A stretch of 64,000 nucleotides of DNA from Alphaproteobacteria bacterium (GTDB taxonomy: Bacteria > Pseudomonadota > Alphaproteobacteria > UBA6615), in the NCBI GenBank assembly GCA_965248805.1, contig CBDFKJ010000009.1, positions 1,734,297 to 1,798,296 on the forward strand, read 5' to 3'. Below, in pieces: positions 40,468-50,386 of this stretch; position 1 is the stretch's first letter; every line of letters begins with the position of its first letter. The notes beneath the pieces are model-generated. The model was not told the origin of the DNA and did not search any database. It saw only the letters and a program-made list of their open reading frames with translations. A program made the translations under genes and the position numbers.

Positions 40468-41758
40468 GGACGCCTCTATTTACCTCGCCAATTTTGCCTT
40501 GTTGTGATTCTCTGCGGCGGTTCGATTCGAGGGGGGTATTGATGAGGCAGACTGGCCTGTTCGGCTTACCGGATCATTTGCGCAAGCTTTCGGCGACTGG
40601 CGATCCGTTGGAGGTGCTGGCGAAGGTTGTCGATTTCGAGATTTTCCGCGCACCGCTTGAGGCGGCGCTGGGCTATTCGGACGGATCGAGAGGCGGCCGC
40701 CCGGCCTACGATGCGGTGGCGATGTTCAAGGTTCTGGTCCTGGCCGCGCGGCACACGGTGAGCGACGAGCGGATGGAGTTTCTGATCCGCGACCGCTTGA
40801 GTTGGCTTCGCTTCCTGGGCTTCGATCTCGGAGCGCCGACGCCGGACCGGAACACCATCTGGACCTTTCGCGAGCGTCTGGTCCGGGCCGGGGCGATGGA
40901 TGAGCTGTTTGCCGCCTTCGATGGCGAGCTGCGCCGGTGCGGCTATCTGGCGATGGGCGGGCAGATCGTCGATGCGACCCTGGTATCGGCGCCCAAGCAG
41001 CGCCACCGCGATGACGAGAAGCGGGCGATCAAGGCGGGCAAGAGCGCGTCCGAGATCTGGCCCGATCAGCCGGCCAAGGCGGCGCAGAAGGACACAGACG
41101 CGCGGTGGACGGTGAAGACCGGAAGGCGCAAGAACCCCGCCGGGGCGCAACGGCGCGTGCCCGACATCGCGATCCCGGTGTTCGGCTACAAGAATCATGT
41201 CGTCATCGATCGGGCCTACGGCTTCATCCGCGGCTCGGCGGTGACCGATGCCGCCCGCCATGACGGCAAGATGTTGCGTCATCTCGTCACCGGCGACAAT
41301 CTGGCCGCCGGCGTGTGGGCTGACAGCGCCTATCGCTCGAAGGCGAACGAGGCGTGGCTGGCGGGCAAGGGTCGGATCTCCCACATCCACCGCAAGAAGC
41401 CGCCGGGCCGGGCCATGCCCAAGGCGACCGCCCGGGCCAATGCCCGCAAGTCAGCGGTCCGTGCACGCGTCGAGCATGTCTTCGCCCAGCAGAAGGATCG
41501 CATGAGCCTGTTCGTCCGGACCATCGGGCTCAAGCGGGCCGAGACCAAGATAGGCCTCGCCAACCTCGCCTATAATTTCCAGCGTCTGATCTTCCATGAG
41601 CGCAGGGCCGCCATGGCATGAGTCCGCCCGTATGACCAAAAAACACCCCGCTGAGAACGAAACCGCGGACGAATAACGCCGTCAAATCCACCCGCCGCAC
41701 GGATCGGCCAACAGGACACCCTTATCCGCGCCAAATCGGCCGGTTGTTGGAGGTCTCC
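40468..41758 (+). mobile_element. IS5-family IS copy 4 (divergent from copies 1/2) with 4-bp TSD AACT
   Basis: AACT at 40464-67 and 41759-62. Same terminal architecture as the other copies. Confidence 0.85.
40543..41621 (+). CDS. IS5-family DDE transposase (copy 4)
   Basis: 359 aa, MRQTGLFGLPDHLRKL... The ORF-track start at 40407 reads in from the flank. Confidence 0.85.
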
Positions 41759-42893
41759 AACTGTTGCTCGCTCGCTGGATGGGCGCGGCGCCATTAGGCG
41801 TGTTCGTATACGCCACGTCGCTGCTGTGGATATTGGGCCTGGTCGCGGCGCTGGGCCTGCCGCTGGCGGCGCAGCGTTTTCTGCCGCAGTACTGGGCGGC
41901 CGGTGACGCTGCACACGTCAGGGGATATGTCGGCACTGCTTTTCGCATCGTGCTCGGTTTCGGAATTGCCGTCGGCGCGGTGACCGCGGCGGTCGCCTTC
42001 TTCGCCACCGGTTTGGACGCGCGATCCGACAACTTCCTCACACTTGCGCTGGCCTCCGTGGCGGTGCCGTTGGCGGCGCTTTGGGGCCTGCAATTGGCGC
42101 TGGCGCGAGCGCATCTGTGGTACTTTCAGGCCTCGATCAGCGGTACTTTTCTGCGACCATTTCTGTTCTTGCTCCTGGTTGCGGCGGCTTGGATCGCGGA
42201 CGTCCATCCGACGGCGAGTTTCGTGATGGCGCTACTGGTGGTCGCGCTGCTCGCGACCGTGCTGTGCCAGTTTGCTCTGCTCCGACGACGCTTGGCGCCG
42301 CGGTGGGGCACCGCATCGCCCGCCCATGAGATCCCGTTGTGGCTGCGCACGTCGGTTCCGCTGCTGGTGGTGGTTGCCTTCATCGGCCATTTCGCCGATG
42401 TCAGCGTCGTCTTTGTCGGCCTGTTCTTGGCACCGCCCGATGTGGCGATTTTCAACGCCGCGCTGCGCACCGTCGGTATCATCACCTTCGGACTTGTCGC
42501 CGTCGGCGCCATTGTCGGGCCGCGGGCCTCGCGCCTACACGCGAAGGAGATGGTGCCGGTCTACAGCGCCTGGCCGATCGCGCCTCGAAGTTGATGTTTT
42601 GGCCGGCGCTGGCGGCGTTTGTCGCGCTCGTTCTGTTCGGCGAGACGATCCTTGCCTTGTTTGGCCCGGCATTCGTGGCCGGCTACCGGGCGATGGTCGT
42701 GCTGGCGGGATCGCAGCTGTTGATAGGCGCCGTGGGTCCGGTTTCCACTTTGCTCAACGTGACCGGGCATCAGGATCGAACGATGGCGATCTGCGCCGCG
42801 GGCCTGGTTGCAGCGGCGGCTCTGAACGTCGCCATGGTACCGCAGTATGGGATCGTGGGTGCGGCGGTGTCCTACTTGTCGGTGACCGCCCTC

Positions 42894-44352
42894 ACAGCCC
42901 GGTGATGAAGTCGCGCTTTGATCAATCGGTTTCGGGGGCGACGATGATGATGATAACGAGCATGGCTGGTTTGCCTTCGATGTTCGCCACGATGGCGATC
43001 GCCAGGGCAGCATCGAACTGAATAACGAACAAAAGGGTGCTCTTTGCACTCGCAGCCTCCCTCGGCGTGCCTGATCCGAACAGCGCGCGCATCAGAATGC
43101 CGAGATTGAACCCGGCGACATGGATCAGGTATCGTTTGTGGACGTTCTCGCGCGCCCGCAGCAACGCGCGGCGCATGCCGCCACGGTCGAGGACATGGGC
43201 GAAGCTGCGCTCGACCATCTCACCGCGCCTGCGCATGGCGTTCCGCGCGACGCCGGACTTCAATCGCGCCCGGTTGGCGTAGACAGCCTGACGTGCCGCC
43301 TGGTCGCCATGCCAGCGCAGATAGCCGTTGGCGGGCTCCGGCTCGGAGATCCGCGTTTTCCAGACGCCGCCGTCGAGGTCTTTCAGCCCCTCGCGTGAAT
43401 GATAGCCCTTGTCGCCAACGAGACTGCAGGGCTCTGCCCGTGTTGGAGCCAGGCCGACCTCGGCGAGGTTGCGCGCGGCCGCCTCCAGCGTCCCAGGCAA
43501 AGTCGTCGTGTCGCCTTCATCGGCTGGATAGATCGGTGCCGCAACGATGACGCCGGTGTCGAGATCGACCGCGTGCTCGGGCTTGTAGGCCAGATGCGTG
43601 GTGCCGTCCTTCATCCGCGCGATCTTCGCATCAGGATCGGTCGGGCTCGTCCAATCCTTGTTCGAAAGCTTCTTGCCCTTCCGCCGGCGATCGAGCCGGA
43701 CGAGGTCGTCGATCGTCGGCGTTTCGACGCCACTCTCCTTCGCCATTTGCGTCAGCATCTCGCGATAGGTCTCGCCGCTATCGCGCCGCACGATGGCTCG
43801 CAGGGCGGCGTTGGCTTCCATCGTCGAGCCGTCGACGCCGATCCGCTCGCCCTTCACCAGACCGCGCGCGGCGACGAGAGCCAGAACCCAGTCGAAAACC
43901 TTTTCATGGACCTCGTGCGGCAGCCGGCCGCGCGTCTTCGACAACCAGGAATGATCGGGAACCTTGTCCCGGTTCGCCAACCGCAGAAACGCGCGAAGCG
44001 ACAGCGAATCCGAACAGCGCCAAGCGATGCCGCGCTCGCTGCCGATGCCCTCGAAATAGCCGATCATGTGCATCCGGAAATAACGCCCCGGCGGCAGCGA
44101 AGGAGCCCCCATCCGAGGTGCGTAGTATGGCTTGCACGTCGCCTCCACGAAGCCGTCAAAGCCAGACTCGGTCAGCAACTCATGCAGCCGGTCGGAAAAC
44201 GCGTGTCCAGGCGAACGCGGCATCTCCGCCCATGTCACCACGAGGTCACCCTGAACCTCGCTCTGTCGTCTCAATGCCATCGCACGACGCCCGTCTAAAT
44301 CTCTATGTTCAGACAGAATCAGACACGCCGGACTTCGTCAACGGGCTGCTAT
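42894..44352 (-). mobile_element. IS1182-like element copy A (intact, 1.46 kb)
   Basis: Carries the full 452-aa transposase ORF 42922..44280. Termini match copies B and C. Confidence 0.8.
42922..44280 (-). CDS. IS1182-like DDE transposase (452 aa)
   Basis: DUF772-type N-terminus (FSDRLHELLTESGFDGFVEATCKPYY), DDE region (...IGVDGSTMEANA...DKGYHS...). Identical to 50419..51777 apart from a few substitutions. Confidence 0.85.
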   Translation of the reverse strand: MALRRQSEVQGDLVVTWAEMPRSPGHAFSDRLHELLTESGFDGFVEATCKPYYAPRMGAPSLPPGRYFRMHMIGYFEGIGSERGIAWRCSDSLSLRAFLRLANRDKVPDHSWLSKTRGRLPHEVHEKVFDWVLALVAARGLVKGERIGVDGSTMEANAALRAIVRRDSGETYREMLTQMAKESGVETPTIDDLVRLDRRRKGKKLSNKDWTSPTDPDAKIARMKDGTTHLAYKPEHAVDLDTGVIVAAPIYPADEGDTTTLPGTLEAAARNLAEVGLAPTRAEPCSLVGDKGYHSREGLKDLDGGVWKTRISEPEPANGYLRWHGDQAARQAVYANRARLKSGVARNAMRRRGEMVERSFAHVLDRGGMRRALLRARENVHKRYLIHVAGFNLGILMRALFGSGTPREAASAKSTLLFVIQFDAALAIAIVANIEGKPAMLVIIIIVAPETD

Positions 44353-44421
44353 GGACGCTTGCCATGCGCTACTTCGTCGTACGCGAGTTGGACGTTCGCC
44401 CGTCGTTCTGGCGATAGGCCC

Positions 44422-45219
44422 TCAGACCTGAATGATCTGCTGCGTGTCCCCGACCAGGACCAGCGCCGTGAGCTGCCCGCCGTAACAGGCGCCGGTATCG
44501 ATGCCGATGCGGTTGGACATGACGACCGGCTCGGATGAAGGCGTATGGCCGTGCACGACGATCATGCCGTGATCCTCTTCGGCGCCCAGGAACGGCTCGC
44601 GGATCCAAATCAGATCCTGTGGGTCCTGCGCCTGCAGCGGTACGCCGGGGCGGATGCCGGCATGGACGAACAGATAATCGCCCTCGGCATAATGAAACCG
44701 CAGCGAGCGCAGAAACTCCATGTGGCCTTCGGGCATCGTCGCCTGCAATGACTTGCGCAGGGCGCGGTCGCGCAGCGTGCCGCCGCGCTTGCCGTCGACC
44801 TCGATGCCGTAGCTGCGGCAGGTCGCCTCGCCGCCGTTCATCAGCCAGGGCGCCGCCGAGCCGCTGCCTTCAATGAACGCGAGCATGAAGGATTCGTGAT
44901 TTCCCGACAGGAATACGGTTTCGAAGGCGGGCAGGGGATCACTCAGGAGTATGTCGATGACCTGACGTGAATCCGGACCGCGATCCACGTAATCGCCGAT
45001 ATAGACTACGACCCTTCGATCGGCGTCTATTTTGGTTGCCGCACGCAGGATGCCGCGATGCAGCGCAATTAAACTGTCGGCGCAGCCATGGATGTCACCG
45101 ATGGCGAATACGACGGTGTCCGGAGGTACGCTAGGGCACCGGTCGCCGCCTACCACCGATTCAGTGGCCGCTAATGTGTCGTATATGGTACGGCGCTGTT
45201 CCATTGCCCGCATCACCAT
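44422..45219 (-). CDS. metallophosphoesterase (Ser/Thr phosphatase / ApaH-like calcineurin fold)
   Basis: GDIHG, GDYVDRG, GNHE, ...VHGHT motifs in canonical order. 265 aa. Confidence 0.8.
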   Translation of the reverse strand: MVMRAMEQRRTIYDTLAATESVVGGDRCPSVPPDTVVFAIGDIHGCADSLIALHRGILRAATKIDADRRVVVYIGDYVDRGPDSRQVIDILLSDPLPAFETVFLSGNHESFMLAFIEGSGSAAPWLMNGGEATCRSYGIEVDGKRGGTLRDRALRKSLQATMPEGHMEFLRSLRFHYAEGDYLFVHAGIRPGVPLQAQDPQDLIWIREPFLGAEEDHGMIVVHGHTPSSEPVVMSNRIGIDTGACYGGQLTALVLVGDTQQIIQV

Positions 45220-45281
45220 ACAAGCCGGCAGGCTTGCTTGCTATTGCATTATCAGCGCGACCGGTGCGCGGTGCGGGCGAT

Positions 45282-46758
45282 CTACAGCTCGCGCCAGCCC
45301 TTGCGCCACCCGTCGGCAACATAGCGTTTGTGCGCGCCGGTGTCGGGTTCGTAATTCATGGAACCGCCGATCGCCTCGGCCGGCAAATCGACGCTGTCGA
45401 TGCCCGGAAAGTTACCCTGCAAATAGACGTTCGGACCCAAGGCCGCGGGCGCCAGGCGGTCGTGGCCGCTAATCGCCTTGGCGCCGGCATTGAATACACG
45501 ATTGTTAGTGACAAAGGTCGGACCGGCGCGGGCGCTGTTGCTGATCAAGATGCCGTACTGCAGCGCCCGATCGGCACCTTCCCGCGTGTCCTAAATGAGA
45601 TTACCTTCGATGACGATGTTGCGCAGATAGCGGCCCTGGCCGGCGACGATGCCGAAGGGCGCGCCGTCGATATTGTTGCCTTGAACGATGATATCCGCCT
45701 CGACCTTGATGCCGTGCTCGCCGGCGTTGATGACCACGTTGCCCACGCAAGTCGCCATGCGACCGTCGCGGTTAAAGTTGGTGATCGTGACGCCGGAGCC
45801 GCCCGCATCCTCGATATAGTTGCCCATTACCACGGCGCCGGATGCGCCGAATTCGATCCACACGACCGTGTCGCCGTGGCGCGCGCAATGGTTGCCGCCC
45901 ACCTGGCAGCCATTGCCGGCGTTGGAGCGGACAGCCGAGAACGCACAGTCGGTGATGTGGTTGCGTTGAACGATGACGTTGTGCGCACGGAATATGCTGA
46001 TGGCGTTGCCGTAGGGGCCGCTGCCGCCGTCGACGGCGTGGATGTCGGTGATGACATTGTTGGCGATGACGGTCTGTGACGGGCCGGGTTCCGGTCGCTG
46101 CACGCGAATGCCATTAGTTGCCGATATCGCGGATCGTGCTGCCGACAATCTGCACCGGCTCGGCAGTCTCCGCCTTTATGGCGAAGTCGGCCACCCGCTC
46201 CAGCAGGCAGTTGGATATGCGACAGGCCGACTCATCTATGAGCAACCCGTGATTGGCGCAGTCGCGCAACGTGCAATTGTCAAAGGTCACGCGCTGCGCC
46301 CCGCCCGAGACAGTCACCAGAGCATCGTGTTCGAACGGCGTCTGGCCGTCGCCGTTGAATGTGAGGCCGGAAAACTCAACGTCTTGTGCTCGATCGACAG
46401 CGCCCAGGAACCGCGCGCCGGGTGCCAATGACAGAACGCTCGCACCGGGCACGCCGCGATAACGCGCACGTCCGGCGAAGTTCAGGTTGCGCGCCCGATA
46501 CACACCGGGCGGAAAGAACAGCTCACCGCCGTCGGCCGAGACAGAGTCGATGGCGCCGATAATCGCGCCGCTATCGTCGTTGGCACCGTCTCCGGCGGCG
46601 CCGAAGTCACGCACGTTGAGCGCGTTCGACGATGCCGGCTGCGCGGACGCAGACGTCGCCAACGCGGCGGCGGTCATCGCCGTGGCGGCGCCGGTGCCCA
46701 CCAGCACCGCCCGTCGTGCGATGTCCGGCCGGCCGCGAGCATCGTTGTGGTTCGCCAT
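45282..46758 (-). pseudogene. Tat-secreted right-handed parallel beta-helix (pectin-lyase-fold) protein, likely a polysaccharide lyase/hydrolase; two frame breaks
   Basis: Twin-arginine signal MANHNDARGRPDIARRAVLVGTGAATAMTAAALATSASA. PbH1-type repeats (NNVITDIH..., GNYIEDAGGSGVTI..., GNVVINAGEHGI...). Pieces 46114..46758, 45591..46148 and 45282..45548 lie in different frames. Confidence 0.6.
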
Positions 46759-46921
46759 GGCCTCCTGCCCTTCGTTCGCCGTTAGGTGCGGCGGTTATTG
46801 CGCGGTCAAGGCGCCGTTCAAACGCGGCACCTGGATCGATTACGCCACGCCCGTGGGCACACGCCAAGTGTTCAATCGCCGCACGCGATCACATTTGGCA
46901 GGGCGGCGTCGCGTGCGGCGG

Positions 46922-47962
46922 TCACCGCGCTTCCTTGCTCAACGTTTTCAGCCACACCAGCAGCCCATAGGGAAACATCGAGATCGCCAGGCTGTAGACG
47001 ATGCCCAGATACGAATGCAGGTCCAAGAACGAGAAGTAGCGGAGTTGCACGCGAATGCACGAGCACAGCAGTTGCCGCCGCTTGCCGATGGACTGGCCGA
47101 ACGGGTCTTCCCCCTTGATCAGCAGGACGCGCGGGAGGTTAGCGGTGTCATAGCGATCGGCGAGGCGGTAGACGATCTCGTAGTCTTCCGCTACCGGGTA
47201 ATCCTCGGTGTAAAAGCCGACCGTTCGCAACGCAGAGACCCGGAACATACAAGTCGGATGCACGAACGCCATGCCGTAGCGAAGCCGGCGGCGAACCTGG
47301 CGCGGACGGATCGGTGCCTTGAATGTGAATAGGGTCTTGCCTGTCTGATCGACGTGCTGCGCCCAGGCGCCGACCAGCGCGATGTCGCGATGTGACTCCA
47401 GGAACGCCATCTGCCGGGTCAGCCGGTCGTCGATGTCGACGTCGCCGGCATCGAGCACCGCGGCGTAGCCGTACCCCTCGGTGAAGATCCGGCGCAGTGC
47501 GACGTTGCGGGCCTCGCTCGGGCCGACATTGTGGCGCATTCGCTGCAGCTCTACGCGATGGATATAGTCACCAGGGTCGACGTTCAGCGGCGGTTGGCTG
47601 CCGTCATCGACGACGAAGACGTCGAATGGTACCGCCTGTGCGTCGAGGGACCGCAACGAGTCGGTAAGACCCTCCTGCGCATTGTATGCGGCGATCAAGA
47701 CGGCCAATCGGGGCATGGCAGCGCCGCGGGTTAGCTCGGGCCCGCTCAGGTCGGCCACGGTGCTGGCGGAGCCCGTTCCGCCGGGCGCGGTGGGTAGGCC
47801 AGCATCACGCCCCACAATATCGCGAACAGTAGCCACATATGACGCCAATGCAGGCTGTCGATCACGACGGAATTGCCCAGGCATCCAAGCGCGGCGGCAA
47901 GCGCGACGATAAAGGTGGACTGGACTGGCGTCTCCCTCATGAAAAACATCAAGCTGCGCCAC
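46922..47962 (-). CDS. family 2 glycosyltransferase (start may be the internal Met at 47705)
   Basis: GT2 signature AVLIAAYNAQEGL...SLDAQ...DVFVVDDGS...DAGD. Confidence 0.8.
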   Translation of the reverse strand: MAQLDVFHEGDASPVHLYRRACRRAWMPGQFRRDRQPALASYVATVRDIVGRDAGLPTAPGGTGSASTVADLSGPELTRGAAMPRLAVLIAAYNAQEGLTDSLRSLDAQAVPFDVFVVDDGSQPPLNVDPGDYIHRVELQRMRHNVGPSEARNVALRRIFTEGYGYAAVLDAGDVDIDDRLTRQMAFLESHRDIALVGAWAQHVDQTGKTLFTFKAPIRPRQVRRRLRYGMAFVHPTCMFRVSALRTVGFYTEDYPVAEDYEIVYRLADRYDTANLPRVLLIKGEDPFGQSIGKRRQLLCSCIRVQLRYFSFLDLHSYLGIVYSLAISMFPYGLLVWLKTLSKEAR

Positions 47963-48981
47963 ATCGTCACGATCACAAACCCGAAGAAGGCGGCGGCGCC
48001 GATCCAGCCGTTCTCCACGATAACGCGCAGGTAAAGGTTGTGCGTCGCCTTATTGAAGGTGCGCTCGGATTGGCCCAGGCCGATGCCGAAGGGATTGGTC
48101 GCCGCTTCGCTGAGCGCCGCCCATTGGGTGCCGAACCGCACCGAGTCGTATCGCTGGATGAAGCGTGCCCGCTTGCTGAACAGCTCCGAAACTTCCGGTT
48201 GAGTGATGGCATAGGCGATAACGCCGATCCCGAACGCACCGATCACGACGGCCATCACGACCGTTCGCACGCGATACTTCGCCGAGCGCGACGCCAGGAA
48301 GCGCAGCAGATAGAACAGTCCGAACGAAAGGATCATGTTGGCCCAGGCGGCGCGCGAGAAGCTTAAAAAGGCACCGAATACGAGCACCATGCAGAATCCC
48401 AACGCCGCTGCCTTGGTGATGGGCGAAGTCCGACCTTCAATCATCGTCAGCAGATAGAGGATGGGCGGGATGAGGAAGGGCCCGTAGACATTCGGATCCT
48501 TGAACAGCGCCTTTACCCGGCCGGCCACGAGCAAGTCGGCGAAATTCGGCACAAGGTGGAAGTAGCCCGCGACGCCAAAGGTGACCGCGATCGCCGCAGC
48601 GATCAGATAGCCCCGCCACAAATAGGCGATCGCCTTTGGCGGGTTCTCGTAAATGAGGCCGACGAACAAGTACCAGTTCATGAACAGGTAAACGGTCACA
48701 GCCAAGAAGAACAGCGCTCGCGGCCCATTGGCGGCCGTCATTCCGGGGACGAAATTGGCGATGGCCAACACGCCGAGAAGAAACGACGGAACCGCGAGCC
48801 CGGTGGGCAAGCGCAAACCGCCACCGACGAAAAGGACCACCATCAACCCGATTGCGAAGAGGTCGTATGGCGCCGGTTCGATCACCACGTAGGAGCTGCT
48901 TGCCACCAAGAGCGCCAACGCGACGAAGCGCGTGTCGCTGAGCTTGAAGGTGTCGCGCGCCGGCGCGGCGATGGCCGTCAT
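47746..48981 (-). CDS. O-antigen ligase/polymerase family protein (Wzy-like)
   Basis: 411 aa, about 10-12 TM helices, Wzy_C-like loop FLSFSRAAW between helices. Confidence 0.75.
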   Translation of the reverse strand: MTAIAAPARDTFKLSDTRFVALALLVASSSYVVIEPAPYDLFAIGLMVVLFVGGGLRLPTGLAVPSFLLGVLAIANFVPGMTAANGPRALFFLAVTVYLFMNWYLFVGLIYENPPKAIAYLWRGYLIAAAIAVTFGVAGYFHLVPNFADLLVAGRVKALFKDPNVYGPFLIPPILYLLTMIEGRTSPITKAAALGFCMVLVFGAFLSFSRAAWANMILSFGLFYLLRFLASRSAKYRVRTVVMAVVIGAFGIGVIAYAITQPEVSELFSKRARFIQRYDSVRFGTQWAALSEAATNPFGIGLGQSERTFNKATHNLYLRVIVENGWIGAAAFFGFVIVTMWRSLMFFMRETPVQSTFIVALAAALGCLGNSVVIDSLHWRHMWLLFAILWGVMLAYPPRPAERAPPAPWPT

Positions 48982-50195
48982 GGCACCGACCTCGAGGATT
49001 GCGTGTTGCCTGGCACTCCGATGCCAGGCGCCGACGGTCCGCGTTTGGTCTCGATCTGTTGCTGCAGTGAGTGCGCGTAGACGCCCGCGGTCTCGGCGAT
49101 CATGCGTTCGACCGTTCGTCCCTCGGCGATCGCGCGCGATGCCTTACCCATGCGCGCGCGCAGCTCCCCATCGGCGACCAATTCGGAGAGACGGTTGGCA
49201 TAGACGGCCTCGTCCCAGTTCGCCACGACGTAGCCATTGACCCCATCGTGGATAGCGATGCTGGTGCCACCGACCGCGGTGGCGACGATGGGCAGGCCGG
49301 CCGCTGCCGCCTCCAGCAGCACGTACGGCATCGCTTCATAGACGCTGGGCATGGCGAAGATATCGAACGCCGCCATCGCCGCCGCTCCGGTGGCAGCCGG
49401 CAGCCAGCGAACACGGTCGGCAACGCCCAGCTCGCGCGCCCGGACTTCTGCCGGTGCTTGCAGTGGCCCTTCGCCGACCATCGCCAGTTGTACATCGTCG
49501 TTGTGCTTCGACACCTGTGCGAACGCCTCGACGATACGGCTGGGCGCCTTCTGCGGCGCGAAGCGGCCGACGAAGCCGATACACACGGCGTCGCTCGCCA
49601 GGCCCCAGCGCGCGCACGCCTCGGCGCGGTCCAGGGGTGGCAGCGGGCGCACGCCGTTGACGACGACATGCATTTTCCGTTCGTCCATGCCCATGCGCAG
49701 CGCATGCGTGTACTCCTCGCCCGAGACCGCGATCACGGCGTCCGCGCGGCGGGCGATCAAACGCTCGAGCCGTTCGTAAAAACGCCGTGCGCCGCCAGCC
49801 AGCGCGGGGTCGAAACTGCGCAGGCAATGCGGTGTCCACACTCGTGCGGTGCTTCGCCGCGTGCTGGCGAACATGGCCAACGCACCGCCCTTGGAGCTGT
49901 GCCCGTGGATCAAGTCGAACGGCCCGTTTTTGGCGGCGTATCGACGGATCTGATACCAAGCGGCCAGGTCGGACGGATGCGGTGCCCGCCGCATATCGAC
50001 GTGCGCCCGCGTGACGCCGTCGAGGGACGCCAGCTCGGCTTCGATCCAGGGCTCGGCGCGGCGGTTGGCGTAAAGCAGATGCACGTCGTGGCCGGCGGCA
50101 TCGAGCCCTCGCGCCAGATCCAACACGTGGCGGGCCGTTCCGCCTGCGGTCGGCTCCTGAACCAGGAGGATCCGCCATTTGCCGTCGCGGTGCAT
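48978..50195 (-). CDS. family 4 glycosyltransferase (GT4)
   Basis: GGTARHVLDLARGL N-terminal GT4 motif, E-x7-E region (EAMPYVLLEAAAAGLPIVAT). The ORF-track start at 50546 reads in from the IS1182-like copy B end. Likely start is the Met at 50195. Confidence 0.8.
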   Translation of the reverse strand: MHRDGKWRILLVQEPTAGGTARHVLDLARGLDAAGHDVHLLYANRRAEPWIEAELASLDGVTRAHVDMRRAPHPSDLAAWYQIRRYAAKNGPFDLIHGHSSKGGALAMFASTRRSTARVWTPHCLRSFDPALAGGARRFYERLERLIARRADAVIAVSGEEYTHALRMGMDERKMHVVVNGVRPLPPLDRAEACARWGLASDAVCIGFVGRFAPQKAPSRIVEAFAQVSKHNDDVQLAMVGEGPLQAPAEVRARELGVADRVRWLPAATGAAAMAAFDIFAMPSVYEAMPYVLLEAAAAGLPIVATAVGGTSIAIHDGVNGYVVANWDEAVYANRLSELVADGELRARMGKASRAIAEGRTVERMIAETAGVYAHSLQQQIETKRGPSAPGIGVPGNTQSSRSVP

Positions 50196-50386
50196 CGCAG
50201 TCGTCAACGTCGTTTTCTCCCGGCCGCCTCGGCACACCGCGGACGTGTCGCCACTATGCCCCATTGCGCCCGCTGAAACGTCGCCCAGATTGTGGATAAG
50301 GCGCGATGGTAATGACGGTGCATCGCCGTTTTGCGCCAAATACCAGCAAACAGACGCCACGGCTTGCCCGAGCCGCCGACGATTAT

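Larger units (their letters stand above)
40340..42893 (+). pseudogene. Wzx-like polysaccharide flippase (PST/MOP family) with an IS5 insertion, a frameshift and 3' truncation by IS1182-like copy A
   Basis: The N-terminal 40 codons (...ITYFFRLAAALLAYATQLD) lie upstream of IS5 copy 4. The body is in two frames (41764..42594 and 42339..42905) with at least 10 TM helices. It ends at the IS junction at 42894. Confidence 0.6.

Noticed and set aside
42561-43049. ORFs beginning MQRAPFCSLFSSMLPWRSPSW... (also 11956..12153 and the first 117 codons of 48978..50546)
   Set aside because: Read-out of the IS1182-like 3' terminus into flanking DNA. The N-terminus of the real GT4 is taken as the internal Met at 50195.
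45174-46079. 301-aa plus-strand ORF opposite the beta-helix gene
   Set aside because: Antisense. The minus strand has a Tat signal and PbH1 repeats.
49336-50235. 299-aa ORF antisense to the GT4 gene, and 401-aa ORF 49071..50276 on plus
   Set aside because: They overlap a motif-supported GT4 gene. Arg/Pro-rich composition.
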